Of a stretch of DNA of 64,000 nt, positions 26,699-40,825 are shown piece after piece (position 1 is the stretch's first letter; every line of letters starts with the position of its first letter). Below the pieces are notes generated by a model. It ran no database searches and had not been told where the DNA came from. It saw nothing but the letters and a program-made list of their open reading frames with translations. The DNA is from Auanema rhodensis (Eukaryota; Animalia; Nematoda): NCBI GenBank assembly GCA_964057225.1, contig OZ059900.1, forward strand, positions 26,474,001 to 26,538,000. Direction: 5' to 3'. A program made the position numbers and the translations under genes.

Positions 26699-29600
26699 TA
26701 GAATATTTAATTTTTCATAAAAATCGAACGAAATAGCAAGTTGAGCCCGCCGCAAAACATGATAAATGTGTTTCTGTGCTAACGAATTTTGTTCCATTGA
26801 TTAAATTGGCTAATTCTGAGTTGAATGAAATGTAGCACATTATTCTAGGATCAAAAATGAAAATTTTAGAATATTTAATTTTTCATAAAAATCGAACGAA
26901 ACAGCAAGTTGAGCCCGCCGCAAAACATGATAAATGTGTTTCTGTGCTAACGAATTTTGTTTCATTGTTTTAATTGGCTAATTCTGAGTTGAATGAAAAG
27001 TAGCACATTATTCTAGGACCAAAAATGAAAATTTTAGAATATTTAATTTTTCATAAAAATCGAACGAAATAGCAAGTTTAGCCCGCCGCAAAACATGATA
27101 GATATGGATATATACTTACAAAAACTATTTTATATTACTAAACGTTTTATTCTGAGTTGAATGAGATGTAGCACGTTATGCTAGGACCAAAAATGAAAAT
27201 TTTAGAATTGTCAATTTTTCATAAAAATCGCACGAAATAGCAAGTTGAGCCCGCCGCAAAACATGATAAATGTGTTTCTGTGCTAACGAATTTTGTTTCA
27301 TTGTTTTAATTGGCTAATTCTGAGTTGAATGAAAAGTAGCACATTATTCTAGGATCAAAAATGAAAATTTTAGAATATTTAATTTTTCATAAAAATCGAA
27401 CGAAATAGCAAGTTGAGCCCGCCGCAAAACATGATAAATGTGTTTCTGTGCTAACGAATTTTGTTTCATTGTTTTAATTGGTTAATTCTGAGTTGAATGA
27501 AATGTAGCACATTATTCTAGGACCAAAAATGAAAATTTTAGAATATTTAATTTTTCATAAAAATCGAACGAAACAGCAAGTTGAGCCCGCCGCAAAACAT
27601 GATAAATGTGTTTCTGTGCTAACGAATTTTGTTTCATTGTTTTAATTGGCTAATTCTGAGTTGAATGAAAAGTAGCACATTATTCTAGGACCAAAAATGA
27701 AAATTTTAGAATATTTAATTTTTCATAAAAATCGAACGAAGTAGCAAGTTTAGCCCGCCGCAAAACATGATAGATATGGATATATACTTACAAAAACTAT
27801 TTTATATTACTAAACGTTTTATTCTGAGTTGAATGAGATGTAGCACGTTATGCTAGGACCAAAAATGAAAATTTTAGAATATTCAATTTTTCATAAAAAT
27901 CGCACGAAATAGCAAGTTGAGCCCGCCGCAAAACATGATAAATGTGTTTCTGTGCTAACGAATTTTGTTTCATTGTTTTAATTGACTAATTCTGAGTTGA
28001 ATGAAATGTAGCACATTATTCTAGGACCAAAAATGAAAATTTTAGAATATTTAATTTTTCATAAAAATCGAACGAAATAGCAAGTTGAGCCCGCCGCAAA
28101 ACATGATAAATGTGTTTCTGTGCTAACGAATTTTGTTCCATTGTTTAAATTGGCTAATTTTGAGTTGAATGAAATGTAGCACATTATTCTAGGACCAAAA
28201 ATGAAAATTTTAGAATATTCAATTTTTCATAAAAATCGAACGAAATAGCAAGTTGAGCCCGCCGCAAAACATGATAAATGTGTTTCTGTGCTAATGAATT
28301 TTGTTTCATTGTTTTAATTGGCTAATTCTGAGTTGAATGAAATGTAGCACATTATTCTAGGACCAAAAATGAAAATTTTAGAATATTTAATTTTTCATAA
28401 AAATCGAACGAAATAGCAAGTTGAGCCCGCCGCAAAACATGATAAATGTGTTTCTGTGCTAACGAATTTTGTTTCATTGTTTTAATTGACTAATTCTGAG
28501 TTGAATGAAATGTAGCACATTATTCTAAGACCAAAAATGAAAATTTTAGAATATTTAATTTTTCATAAAAATCGAACGAAATAGCAAGTTGAGCCCGCCG
28601 CAAAACATGATAAATGTGTTTCTGTGCTAACGAATTTTGTTTCATTGTTTTAATTGGCTAATTCTGAGTTGAATGAAAAGTAGCACATTATTCTAGGACC
28701 AAAAATGAAAATTTTAGAATATTTAATTTTTCATAAAAATCGAACGAAGTAGCAAGTTTAGCCCGCCGCAAAACATGATAGATATGGATATATACTTACA
28801 AAAACTATTTTATATTACTAAACGTTTTATTCTGAGTTGAATGAGATGTAGCACGTTATGCTAGGACCAAAAATGAAAATTTTAGAATATTCAATTTTTC
28901 ATAAAAATCGCACGAAATAGCAAGTTGAGCCCGCCGCAAAACATGATAAATGTGTTTCTGTGCTAACGAATTTTGTTTCATTGTTTTAATTGACTAATTC
29001 TGAGTTGAATGAAATGTAGCACATTATTCTAGAACCAAAAATGAAAATTTTAGAATATTTAATTTTTCATAAAAATCGAACGAAATAGCAAGTTGAGCCC
29101 GCCGCAAAACATGATAAATGTGTTTCTGTGCTAACGAATTTTGTTCCATTGTTTAAATTGGCTAATTCTGAGTTGAATGAAATGTAGCACATTATTCTAG
29201 GACCAAAAATGAAAATTTTAGAATATTTAATTTTTCATAAAAATCGAACGAAACAGCAAGTTGAGCCCGCCGCAAAACATGATAAATGTGTTTCTGTGCT
29301 AACGAATTTTGTTCCATTGTTTTAATTGACTAATTCTGAGTTGAATGAAATGTAGCACATTATTCTAGGACCAAAAATGAAAATTTTAGAATATTCAATT
29401 TTTCATAAAAATCGAACGAAATAGCAAGTTGAGCCCGCCGCAAAACATGATAAATGTGTTTCTGTGCTAATGAATTTTGTTTCATTGTTTTAATTGGCTA
29501 ATTCTGAGTTGAATGAAATGTAGCACATTATTCTAGGACCAAAAATGAAAATTTTAGAATATTTAATTTTTCATAAAAATCGAACGAAATAGCAAGTTGA

Positions 29601-32600
29601 GCCCGCCGCAAAACATGATAAATGTGTTTCTGTGCTAACGAATTTTGTTTCATTGTTTTAATTGGCTAATTCTGAGTTGAATGAAATGTAGCACATTATT
29701 CTAGGACCAAAAATGAAAATTTTAGAATATTCAATTTTTCATAAAAATCGCACGAAATAGCAAGTTGAGCCCGCCGCAAAACATGATAAATGTGTTTCTG
29801 TGCTAACGAATTTTGTTTCATTGTTTTAATTGGCTAATTCTGAGTTGAATGAAAAGTAGCACATTATTCTAGGACCAAAAGTGAAAATTTTAGAATATTT
29901 AATTTTTCATAAAAATCGAACAAAATAGCAAGTTTAGCCCGCCGCAAAACATGATAGATATGGATATATACTTACAAAAACTATTTTATATTACTAAACG
30001 TTTTATTCTGAGTTGAATGAGATGTAGCACGTTATGCTAGGACCAAAAATGAAAATTTTAGAATATTCAATTTTTCATAAAAATCGCACGAAATAGCAAG
30101 TTGAGCCCGCCGCAAAACATGATAAATGTGTTTCTGTGCTAACGAATTTTGTTTCATTGTTTTAATTGACTAATTCTGAGTTGAATGAGATGTAGCACGT
30201 TATGCTAGGACCAAAAATGAAAATTTTAGAATATTCAATTTTTCATAAAAATCGCACGAAATAGCAAGTTGAGCCCGCCGCAAAACATGATAAATGTGTT
30301 TCTGTGCTAACGAATTTTGTTTCATTGTTTTAATTGACTAATTCTGAGTTGAATGAAATGTAGCACATTATTCTAGGACCAAAAATGAAAATTTTAGAAT
30401 ATTTAATTTTTCATAAAAATCGAACGAAATAGCAAGTTGAGCCCGCCGCAAAACATGATAAATGTGTTTCTGTGCTAACGAATTTTGTTCCATTGTTTAA
30501 ATTGGCTAATTTTGAGTTGAATGAAATGTAGCACATTATTCTAGGACCAAAAATGAAAATTTTAGAATATTTAATTTTTCATAAAAATCGAACGAAACAG
30601 CAAGTTGAGCCCGCCGCAAAACATGATAAATGTGTTTCTGTGCTAACGAATTTTGTTCCATTGTTTTAATTGACTAATTCTGAGTTGAATGAAATGTAGC
30701 ACATTATTCTAGGACCAAAAATGAAAATTTTAGAATATTCAATTTTTCATAAAAATCGAACGAAATAGCAAGTTGAGCCCGCCGCAAAACATGATAAATG
30801 TGTTTCTGTGCTAATGAATTTTGTTTCATTGTTTTAATTGGCTAATTCTGAGTTGAATGAAATGTAGCACATTATTCTAGGACCAAAAATGAAAATTTTA
30901 GAATATTTAATTTTTCATAAAAATCGAACGAAATAGCAAGTTGAGCCCGCCGCAAAACATGATAAATGTGTTTCTGTGCTAACGAATTTTGTTTCATTGT
31001 TTTAATTGACTAATTCTGAGTTGAATGAAATGTAGCACATTATTCTAAGACCAAAAATGAAAATTTTAGAATATTTAATTTTTCATAAAAATCGAACGAA
31101 ATAGCAAGTTGAGCCCGCCGCAAAACATGATAAATGTGTTTCTGTGCTAACGAATTTTGTTTCATTGTTTTAATTGGCTAATTCTGAGTTGAATGAAAAG
31201 TAGCACATTATTCTAGGACCAAAAATGAAAATTTTAGAATATTTAATTTTTCATAAAAATCGAACGAAGTAGCAAGTTTAGCCCGCCGCAAAACATGATA
31301 GATATGGATATATACTTACAAAAACTATTTTATATTACTAAACGTTTTATTCTGAGTTGAATGAGATGTAGCACGTTATGCTAGGACCAAAAATGAAAAT
31401 TTTAGAATATTCAATTTTTCATAAAAATCGCACGAAATAGCAAGTTGAGCCCGCCGCAAAACATGATAAATGTGTTTCTGTGCTAACGAATTTTGTTTCA
31501 TTGTTTTAATTGACTAATTCTGAGTTGAATGAAATGTAGCACATTATTCTAGGACCAAAAATGAAAATTTTAGAATATTTAATTTTTCATAAAAATCGAA
31601 CGAAACAGCAAGTTGAGCCCGCCGCAAAACATGATAAATGTGTTTCTGTGCTAACGAATTTTGTTCCATTATTTTAATTGACTAATTCTGAGTTGAATGA
31701 AATGTAGCACATTATTCTAGGACCAAAAATGAAAATTTTAGAATATTCAATTTTTCATAAAAATCGAACGAAATAGCAAGTTGAGCCCGCCGCAAAACAT
31801 GATAAATGTGTTTCTGTGCTAATGAATTTTGTTTCATTGTTTTAATTGGCTAATTCTGAGTTGAATGAAATGTAGCACATTATTCTAGGACCAAAAATGA
31901 AAATTTTAGAATATTTAATTTTTCATAAAAATCGAACGAAATAGCAAGTTGAGCCCGCCGCAAAACATGATAAATGTGTTTCTGTGCTAACGAATTTTGT
32001 TTCATTGTTTTAATTGGCTAATTCTGAGTTGAATGAAATGTAGCACATTATTCTAGGACCAAAAATGAAAATTTTAGAATATTCAATTTTTCATAAAAAT
32101 CGCACGAAATAGCAAGTTGAGCCCGCCGCAAAACATGATAAATGTGTTTCTGTGCTAACGAATTTTGTTTCATTGTTTTAATTGGCTAATTCTGAGTTGA
32201 ATGAAAAGTAGCACATTATTCTAGGACCAAAAGTGAAAATTTTAGAATATTTAATTTTTCATAAAAATCGAACAAAATAGCAAGTTGAGCCCGCCGCAAA
32301 ACATGATAAATGTGTTTCTGTGCTAACGAATTTTGTTTCATTGTTTTAATTGGCTAATTCTGAGTTGAATGAAATGTAGCACATTATTCTAGGACCAAAA
32401 ATGAAAATTTTAGAATATTTAATTTTTCATAAAAATCGCACGAAATAGCAAGTTGAGCCCGCCGCAAAACATGATAAATGTGTATCTGTGGTAACGAATT
32501 TTGTTTCATTGTTTTAATTGGCTAATTCTGAGTTGAATGAAAAATAGCACATTATTCTAGGACCAAAAATGAAAATTTTAGAATATTCAATTTTTCATAA

Positions 32601-35600
32601 AAATCGCACGAAATAGCAAGTTGAGCCCGCCGCAAAACATGATAAATGTGTTTCTGTGCTAACGAATTTTGTTTCATTGTTTTAATTGGCTAGTTCTGAG
32701 TTGAATGAAATGTAGCACATTATTCTAGGACCAAAAATGAAAATTTTAGAATATTCAATTTTTCATAAAAATCGAACGAAATAGAGTTGAGCCCGCCGCA
32801 AAACATGATAAATGTGTTTCTGTGCTAACGAATTTTGTTTCATTGTTTTAATTGGCTAATTCTGAGTTGAATGAAATGTAGCACATTATTCTAGGACCAA
32901 AAATGAAAATTTTAGAATATTCAATTTTTCATAAAAATAGAACGAAACAGCAAGTTGAGCCCGCCGCAAAACATGATAAATGTGTTTCTGTGGTAACGAA
33001 TTTTGTTTCATTGTTTCAATTGGCTAATTCTGAGTTGAATGAAAAGTAGCACATTATTCTAGGACCAAAAATGAAAATTTTAGAATATTTAATTTTTCAT
33101 AAAAATCGAACGAAACAGCAAGTTGAGCCCGCCGCAAAACATGATAAATGTGTTTCTGTGCTAACGAATTTTGTTTCATTGTTTTAATTGGCTAATTCTG
33201 AGTTGAATGAAATGTAGCACATTATTCTAGGACCAAAAATGAAAATTTTAGAATATTTAATTTTTCATAAAAATAGAACGAAACAGCAAGTTGAGCCCGC
33301 CGCAAAACATGATAAATGTGTTTCTGTGGTAACGAATTTTGTTTCATTGTTTTAATTGGCTAATTCTGAGTTGAATGAAATGTAGCACATTATTCTAGGA
33401 CCAAAAATGAAAATTTTAGAATATTCAATTTTTCATAAAAATCGCACGAAATAGCAAGTTGAGCCCGCCGCAAAACATGATAAATGTGTTTCTGTGGTAA
33501 CGAATTTTGTTTCATTGTTTTAATTGGCTAATTCTGAGTTGAATGAAATGTAGCACATTATTCTAGGACCAAAAATGAAAATTTTAGAATATTCAATTTT
33601 TCATAAAAATCGCACGAAATAGCAAGTTGAGCCCGCCGCAAAACATGATAAATGTGTTTCTGTGGTAACGAATTTTGTTTCATTGTTTTAATTGGCTAAT
33701 TCTGAGTTGAATGAAATGTAGCACATTATTCTAGGACCAAAAATGAAAATTTTAGAATATTTAATTTTTCATAAAAATAGAACGAAACAGCAAGTTGAGC
33801 CCGCCGCAAAACATGATAAATGTGTTTCTGTGGTAACGAATTTTGTTTCATTGTTTTAATTGGCTAATTCTGAGTTGAATGAAATGTAGCACATTATTCT
33901 AGGACCAAAAATGAAAATTTTAGAATATTCAATTTTTCATAAAAATCGCACGAAATAGCAAGTTGAGCCCGCCGCAAAACATGATAAATGTGTTTCTGTG
34001 CTAACGAATTTTGTTTCATTGTTTTAATTGGCTAATTCTGAGTTGAATGAAATGTAGCACATTATTCTAGGACCAAAAATGAAAATTTTAGAATATTCAA
34101 TTTTTCATAAAAATCGCACGAAATAGCAAGTTGAGCCCGCCGCAAAACATGATAAATGTGTTTCTGTGCTAACGAATTTTGTTTCATTGTTTTAATTGAC
34201 TAATTCTGAGTTGAATGAAATGTAGCACATTATTCTAGGACCAGAAATGAAAATTTTAGAATATTTAATTTTTCATAAAAATCGAACGAAATAGCAAGTT
34301 GAGCCCGCCGCAAAACATGATAAATGTGTTTCTGTGCTAACGAATTTTGTTCCATTGTTTAAATTGGCTAATTCTGAGTTGAATGAAATGTAGCACATTA
34401 TTCTAGGACCAAAAATGAAAATTTTAGAATATTTAATTTTTCATAAAAATAGAACGAAACAGCAAGTTGAGCCCGCCGCAAAACATGATAAATGTGTTTC
34501 TGTGGTAACGAATTTTGTTTCATTGTTTTAATTGGCTAATTCTGAGTTGAATGAAATGTAGCACATTATTCTAGGACCAAAAATGAAAATTTTAGAATAT
34601 TCAATTTTTCATAAAAATCGCACGAAATAGCAAGTTGAGCCCGCCGCAAAACATGATAAATGTGTTTCTGTGCTAACGAATTTTGTTTCATTGTTTTAAT
34701 TGGCTAGTTCTGAGTTGAATGAAATGTAGCACATTATTCTAGGACCAAAAATGAAAATTTTAGAATATTTAATTTTTCATAAAAATCGAACGAAATAGCA
34801 AGTTGAGCCCGCCGCAAAACATGATAAATGTGTTTCTGTGCTAACGAATTTTGTTTCATTGTTTTAATTGGCTAATTCTGAGTTGAATGAAATGTAGCAC
34901 ATTATTCTAGGACCAAAAATGAAAATTTTAGAATATTCAATTTTTCATAAAAATCGCACGAAATAGCAAGTTGAGCCCGCCGCAAAACATGATAAATGTG
35001 TTTCTGTGCTAACGAATTTTGTTTCATTGTTTTAATTGACTAATTCTGAGTTGAATGAAATGTAGCACATTATTCTAGGACCAAAAATGAAAATTTTAGA
35101 ATATTTAATTTTTCATAAAAATCGAACGAAATAGCAAGTTGAGCCCGCCGCAAAACATGATAAATGTGTTTCTGTGCTAATGAATTTTGTTTCATTGTTT
35201 TAATTGGCTAATTCTGAGTTGAATGAAATGTAGCACATTATTCTAGGACCAAAAATGAAAATTTTAGAATATTTAATTTTTCATAAAAATCGAACGAAAT
35301 AGCAAGTTGAGCCCGCCGCAAAACATGATAAATGTGTTTCTGTGCTAACGAATTTTGTTTCATTGTTTTAATTGACTAATTCTGAGTTGAATGAAATGTA
35401 GCACATTATTCTAAGACCAAAAATGAAAATTTTAGAATATTTAATTTTTCATAAAAATCGAACGAAATAGCAAGTTGAGCCGGCCGCAAAACATGATAAA
35501 TGTGTTTCTGTGCTAACGAATTTTGTTCCATTGTTCAAATTGGCTAATTCTGAGTTGATTGAAATGTAGCACATTATTCTAGGATCAAAAATGAAAATTT

Positions 35601-38600
35601 TAGAATTATTAATTTTTCATAAAAATCGAACGAAACAGCAAGTTGAGCCCGCCGCAAAACATGATAAATGTGTTTCTGTGCTAACGAATTTTGTTTCATT
35701 GTTTTAATTGGCTACTTCTGAGTTGAATGAAATGTAGCACATTATTCTAGGACCAAAAATGAAAATTTTAGAATATTCAATTTTTCATAAAAATCGCACG
35801 AAATAGCAAGTTGAGCCCGCCGCAAAACATGATAAATGTGTTTCTGTGCTAACGAATTTTGTTCCATTGTTTAAATTGGCTAATTCTGAGTTGAATGAAA
35901 TGTAGCACATTATTCTAGGACCAAAAATGAAAATTTTATAATATTTAATTTTTCATAAAAATAGAACGAAACAGCAAGTTGAGCCCGCCGCAAAACATGA
36001 TAAATGTGTTTCTGTGGTAACGAATTTTGTTTCATTGTTTTAATTGGCTAATTCTGAGTTGAATGAAATGTAGCACATTATTCTAGGACCAAAAATGAAA
36101 ATTTTAGAATATTCAATTTTTCATAAAAATCGCACGAAATAGCAAGTTGAGCCCGCCGCAAAACATGATAAATGTGTTTCTGTGCTAACGAATTTTGTTT
36201 CATTGTTTTAATTGGCTAGTTCTGAGTTGAATGAAATGTAGCACATTATTCTAGGACCAAAAATGAAAATTTTAGAATATTTAATTTTTCATAAAAATCG
36301 AACGAAATAGCAAGTTGAGCCCGCCGCAAAACATGATAAATGTGTTTCTGTGCTAACGAATTTTGTTTCATTGTTTTAATTGGCTAATTCTGAGTTGAAT
36401 GAAATGTAGCACATTATTCTAGGACCAAAAATGAAAATTTTAGAATATTCAATTTTTCATAAAAATCGCACGAAATAGCAAGTTGAGCCCGCCGCAAAAC
36501 ATGATAAATGTGTTTCTGTGCTAACGAATTTTGTTTCATTGTTTTAATTGACTAATTCTGAGTTGAATGAAATGTAGCACATTATTCTAGGACCAAAAAT
36601 GAAAGTTTTAGAATATTTAATTTTTCATAAAAATCGAACGAAATAGCAAGTTGAGCCCGCCGCAAAACATGATAAATGTGTTTCTGTGCTAACGAATTTT
36701 GTTCCATTGTTTAAATTGGCTAATTCTGAGTTGAATGAAATGTAGCACATTATTCTAGGACCAAAAATGAAAATTTTAGAATATTTAATTTTTCATAAAA
36801 ATCGAACGAAACAGCAAGTTGAGCCCGCCGCAAAACATGATAAATGTGTTTCTGTGCTAATGAATTTTGTTTCATTGTTTTAATTGGCTAATTCTGAGTT
36901 GAATGAAATGTAGCACATTATTCTAGGACCAAAAATGAAAATTTTAGAATATTCAATTTTTCATAAAAATCGAACGAAATAGCAAGTTGAGCCCGCCGCA
37001 AAACATGATAAATGTGTTTCTGTGCTAATGAATTTTGTTTCATTGTTTTAATTGGCTAATTCTGAGTTGAATGAAATGTAGCACATTATTCTAGGACCAA
37101 AAATGAAAATTTTAGAATATTTAATTTTTCATAAAAATCGAACGAAATAGCAAGTTGAGCCCGCCGCAAAACATGATAAATGTGTTTCTGTGCTAACGAA
37201 TTTTGTTTCATTGTTTTAATTGACTAATTCTGAGTTGAATGAAATGTAGCACATTATTCTAAGACCAAAAATGAAAATTTTAGAATATTTAATTTTTCAT
37301 AAAAATCGAACGAAATAGCAAGTTGAGCCGGCCGCAAAACATGATAAATGTGTTTCTGTGCTAACGAATTTTGTTCCATTGTTCAAATTGGCTAATTCTG
37401 AGTTGATTGAAATGTAGCACATTATTCTAGGATCAAAAATGAAAATTTTAGAATTATTAATTTTTCATAAAAATCGAACGAAACAGCAAGTTGAGCCCGC
37501 CGCAAAACATGATAAATGTGTTTCTGTGCTAACGAATTTTGTTTCATTGTTTTAATTGGCTACTTCTGAGTTGAATGAAATGTAGCACATTATTCTAGGA
37601 CCAAAAATGAAAATTTTAGAATATTTAATTTTTCATAAAAATCGAACGAAATAGCAAGTTGAGCCCGCCGCAAAACATGATAAATGTGTTTCTGTGCTAA
37701 CGAATTTTGTTTCATTGTTTTAATTGGCTAATTCTGAGTTGAATGAAATGTAGCACATTATTCTAGGACCAAAAATGAAAATTTTAGAATATTCAATTTT
37801 TCATAAAAATCGAACGAAATAGCAAGTTGAGCCCGCCGCAAAACATGATAAATGTGTTTCTGTGCTAACGAATTTTGTTTCATTGTTTTAATTGGCTAAT
37901 TCTGAGTTGAATGAAAAGTAGCACATTATTCTAGGACCAAAAGTGAAAATTTTAGAATATTTAATTTTTCATAAAAATCGAACAAAATAGCAAGTTGAGC
38001 CCGCCGCAAAACATGATAAATGTGTTTCTGTGCTAACGAATTTTGTTTCATTGTTTTAATTGGCTAATTCTGAGTTGAATGAAATGTAGCACATTATTCT
38101 AGGACCAAAAATGAAAATTTTAGAATATTTAATTTTTCATAAAAATCGCACGAAATAGCAAGTTGAGCCCGCCGCAAAACATGATAAATGTGTATCTGTG
38201 GTAACGAATTTTGTTTCATTGTTTTAATTGGCTAATTCTGAGTTGAATGAAAAGTAGCACATTATTCTAGGATCAAAAATGAAAATTTTAGAATATTTAA
38301 TTTTTCATAAAAATCGAACGAAACAGCAAGTTGAGCCCGCCGCAAAACATGATAAATGTGTTTCTATGGTAACGAATTTTGTTTCATTGTTTTAATTGGC
38401 TAATTCTGAGTTGAATGAAAAGTAGCACATTATTCTAGGACCAAAAATGAAAATTTTAGAATATTTAATTTTTCATAAAAATCGAACAAAATAGCAAGTT
38501 GAGCCCGCCGCAAAACATGATAAATGTGTTTCTGTGCTAACGAATTTTGTTTCATTGTTTTAATAGGCTAATTCTGAGTTGAATGAAATGTAGCACATTA

Positions 38601-39200
38601 TTCTAGGACCAAAAATGAAAATTTTAGAATATTCAATTTTTCATAAAAATCGAACGAAATAGCAAGTTGAGCCCGCCGCAAAACATGATAAATGTGTTTC
38701 TGTGCTAACGAATTTTGTTTCATTGTTTTAATTGGCTAATTCTGAGTTGAATGAAATGTAGCACATTATTCTAGGACCAAAAATGAAAATTTTAGAATAT
38801 TTAATTTTTCATAAAAATAGAACGAAACAGCAAGTTGAGCCCGCCGCAAAACATGATAAATGTGTTTCTGTGCTAACGAATTTTGTTTCATTGTTTTAAT
38901 AGGCTAATTCTGAGTTGAATGAAATGTAGCACATTATTCTAGGACCAAAAATGAAAATTTTAGAATATTCAATTTTTCATAAAAATCGCACGAAATAGCA
39001 AGTTGAGCCCGCCGCAAAACATGATAAATGTGTTTCTGTGCTAACGAATTTTGTTTCATTGTTTTAATTGGCTAGTTCTGAGTTGAATGAAATGTAGCAC
39101 ATTATTCTAGGACCAAAAATGAAAATTTTAGAATATTCAATTTTTCATAAAAATCGAACGAAATAGAGTTGAGCCCGCCGCAAAACATGATAAATGTGTT
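26699..39200. repeat. 168-bp satellite array, block 2 (~74 monomers, including five strongly divergent variant monomers)
   Basis: Same monomer and orientation as block 1. Variant monomers containing GATATGGATATATACTTACAAAAAC start at 27101, 27773, 28781, 29957 and 31301. Confidence 0.99.
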
Positions 39201-39240
39201 AGTAGAGAGCCATGCCGAATTTACTAACCACGCCCCCAAA

Positions 39241-39376
39241 CAGTTGCTAAAAACATACTTTTGAGGGCGTCAGCTGCTAAAATCATACTTTTGGGGGCGT
39301 CAGCTGTCAAAATCATATTTTCGGCGTCAGCTGTCAAAATCATATTTTCGGCGTCAGCTGTCAAAAATATACTTTT
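39241..39376. repeat. Subterminal 27-30 bp tandem repeats (about 4.5 copies; mirrored at ~53401-53536)
   Basis: CAGCTG(C/T)(T/C)AAAATCATA(C/T)TTT..GGCGT units start at 39241, 39271, 39301, 39328 and 39355. Confidence 0.9.
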
Positions 39377-39769
39377 CCTCCCGAGGCAGGCTCTCGAGCC
39401 TGCGCATGGATCAAAACGCATGATTTTTTTTTTTAAAATTATTTTTTAATGTATTATTTTAAATGAATTTTTATTATTTATATATTTGTTAATTGTATTT
39501 GTAAATATTTTTAAACTTATTTCTTTTTAAATGTATTTTTAATATTTATATATATTTTAAATTGTATTTGTAAATATTATTATTTAATTGTTTCTTTTTA
39601 AATGTGTTTTTAATAATATTTCTTTTTAAATGTATTTTAATATTTATATATTTTTTAATTGTATGTTTAAAACTGAATAAATTATTTCTCATATATATTG
39701 TTTTTTATTTATTTAAATATTTTTAAAAGGTAATCAATATGTTCAGCGTACCTCTTATGGGTTAATCAA

Positions 39770-40595
39770 TGGAACTCATATCGAAGGTTAATTCGATAAG
39801 AACGATATGAAATACAAAAGTTAATGGAACACATATCGAAAGTTAATTCGATAAGAACGATATGAAATACAAAAGTTAATGGAACACATATCGAAGGTTA
39901 ATTCGATAAGATCGTTAAAACAGGTGCACTGACCCACACAAGAACCACATGGCAAACGTTTTGTTCATAAAAATATGATAAATAGCTGTACACCACATGT
40001 ACCAAGTTGTCTAATATTTTCAAATTACATGAAAGAATAGTTTAAAGAACCTTTTTTAAAATTTTATATTAGTATATTCTAATATACTAACTCAATAAAA
40101 CACATATCGAAGGTTAATTCGATAGGATTCACAAACAATTGTGTTGTTTCCAATGGAACACATATCGAAGATTAATTCGATAACATCGTTAAAACAGGTG
40201 CGCTGCCCCACACATGTACCACATGGCAAAAGTTTTGTTCATAAAAATATGATAAATAGCTGTACAGCACAAGTACCCATAACGCTAAAGAATACTTACT
40301 ATGCCAAGGGGTCATGGGTATATAGTTTTTAGTATCAAAAATGTTAATGGAACACATATCGAATATCAATTCGATAAGATTGGTGAAACAGATACGTTGA
40401 CCTACAATGAACCAAATGGCAAAGCACTTGTTCATTAAAGTATAACAAATAGCTGTATAGCATATGCATCAAGATTTCTAATATTCTCAAATTACTTGGA
40501 AAGAAGAGTATATAGAAAAAGTTTTAGTGTGTATATTACTAATATTCTAATACCCTAACTCAAAGAACACATATCGATGATTAATTCGATAAGAT
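39770..40595. repeat. Seven copies of the dyad motif TATCGAA-N6-TTCGATA within 55-bp and ~200-270-bp repeats (mirrored in the right TIR)
   Basis: Motif starts at 39779, 39834, 39889, 40105, 40163, 40357 and 40572 (last copy TATCGAT). Confidence 0.88.
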
Positions 40596-40825
40596 TGTTG
40601 AAACAGTTGCGCTGACCACAACAATACATGCGTATTTATTAACAGCGGATTGGCAACTGCTACTGTTGACAGCTGTAATATGATACAATGTTGAGTGTTG
40701 GCAACATTGTTACGTGACAATAAAACAACTGACTGTTCTTGCAATGAAGTGTAATATAAATGTGTAAAATGAAATATGGATAACTACCTCTCAGAGTTTG
40801 CATAATTTTATTCTAACAAGATACA

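Noticed and set aside
1-39200. Regular repeats as a CRISPR array
   Set aside because: Contiguous 168-bp monomers with no unique spacers, no cas genes, and a eukaryotic context.
10900-39200. A fixed 38-monomer higher-order repeat (offsets of 6383 and 6382 bp seen twice)
   Set aside because: Neighbouring markers give other offsets (e.g. 34 monomers for the AAGTGAAA variant at 32231/37941), so the pattern is mosaic.
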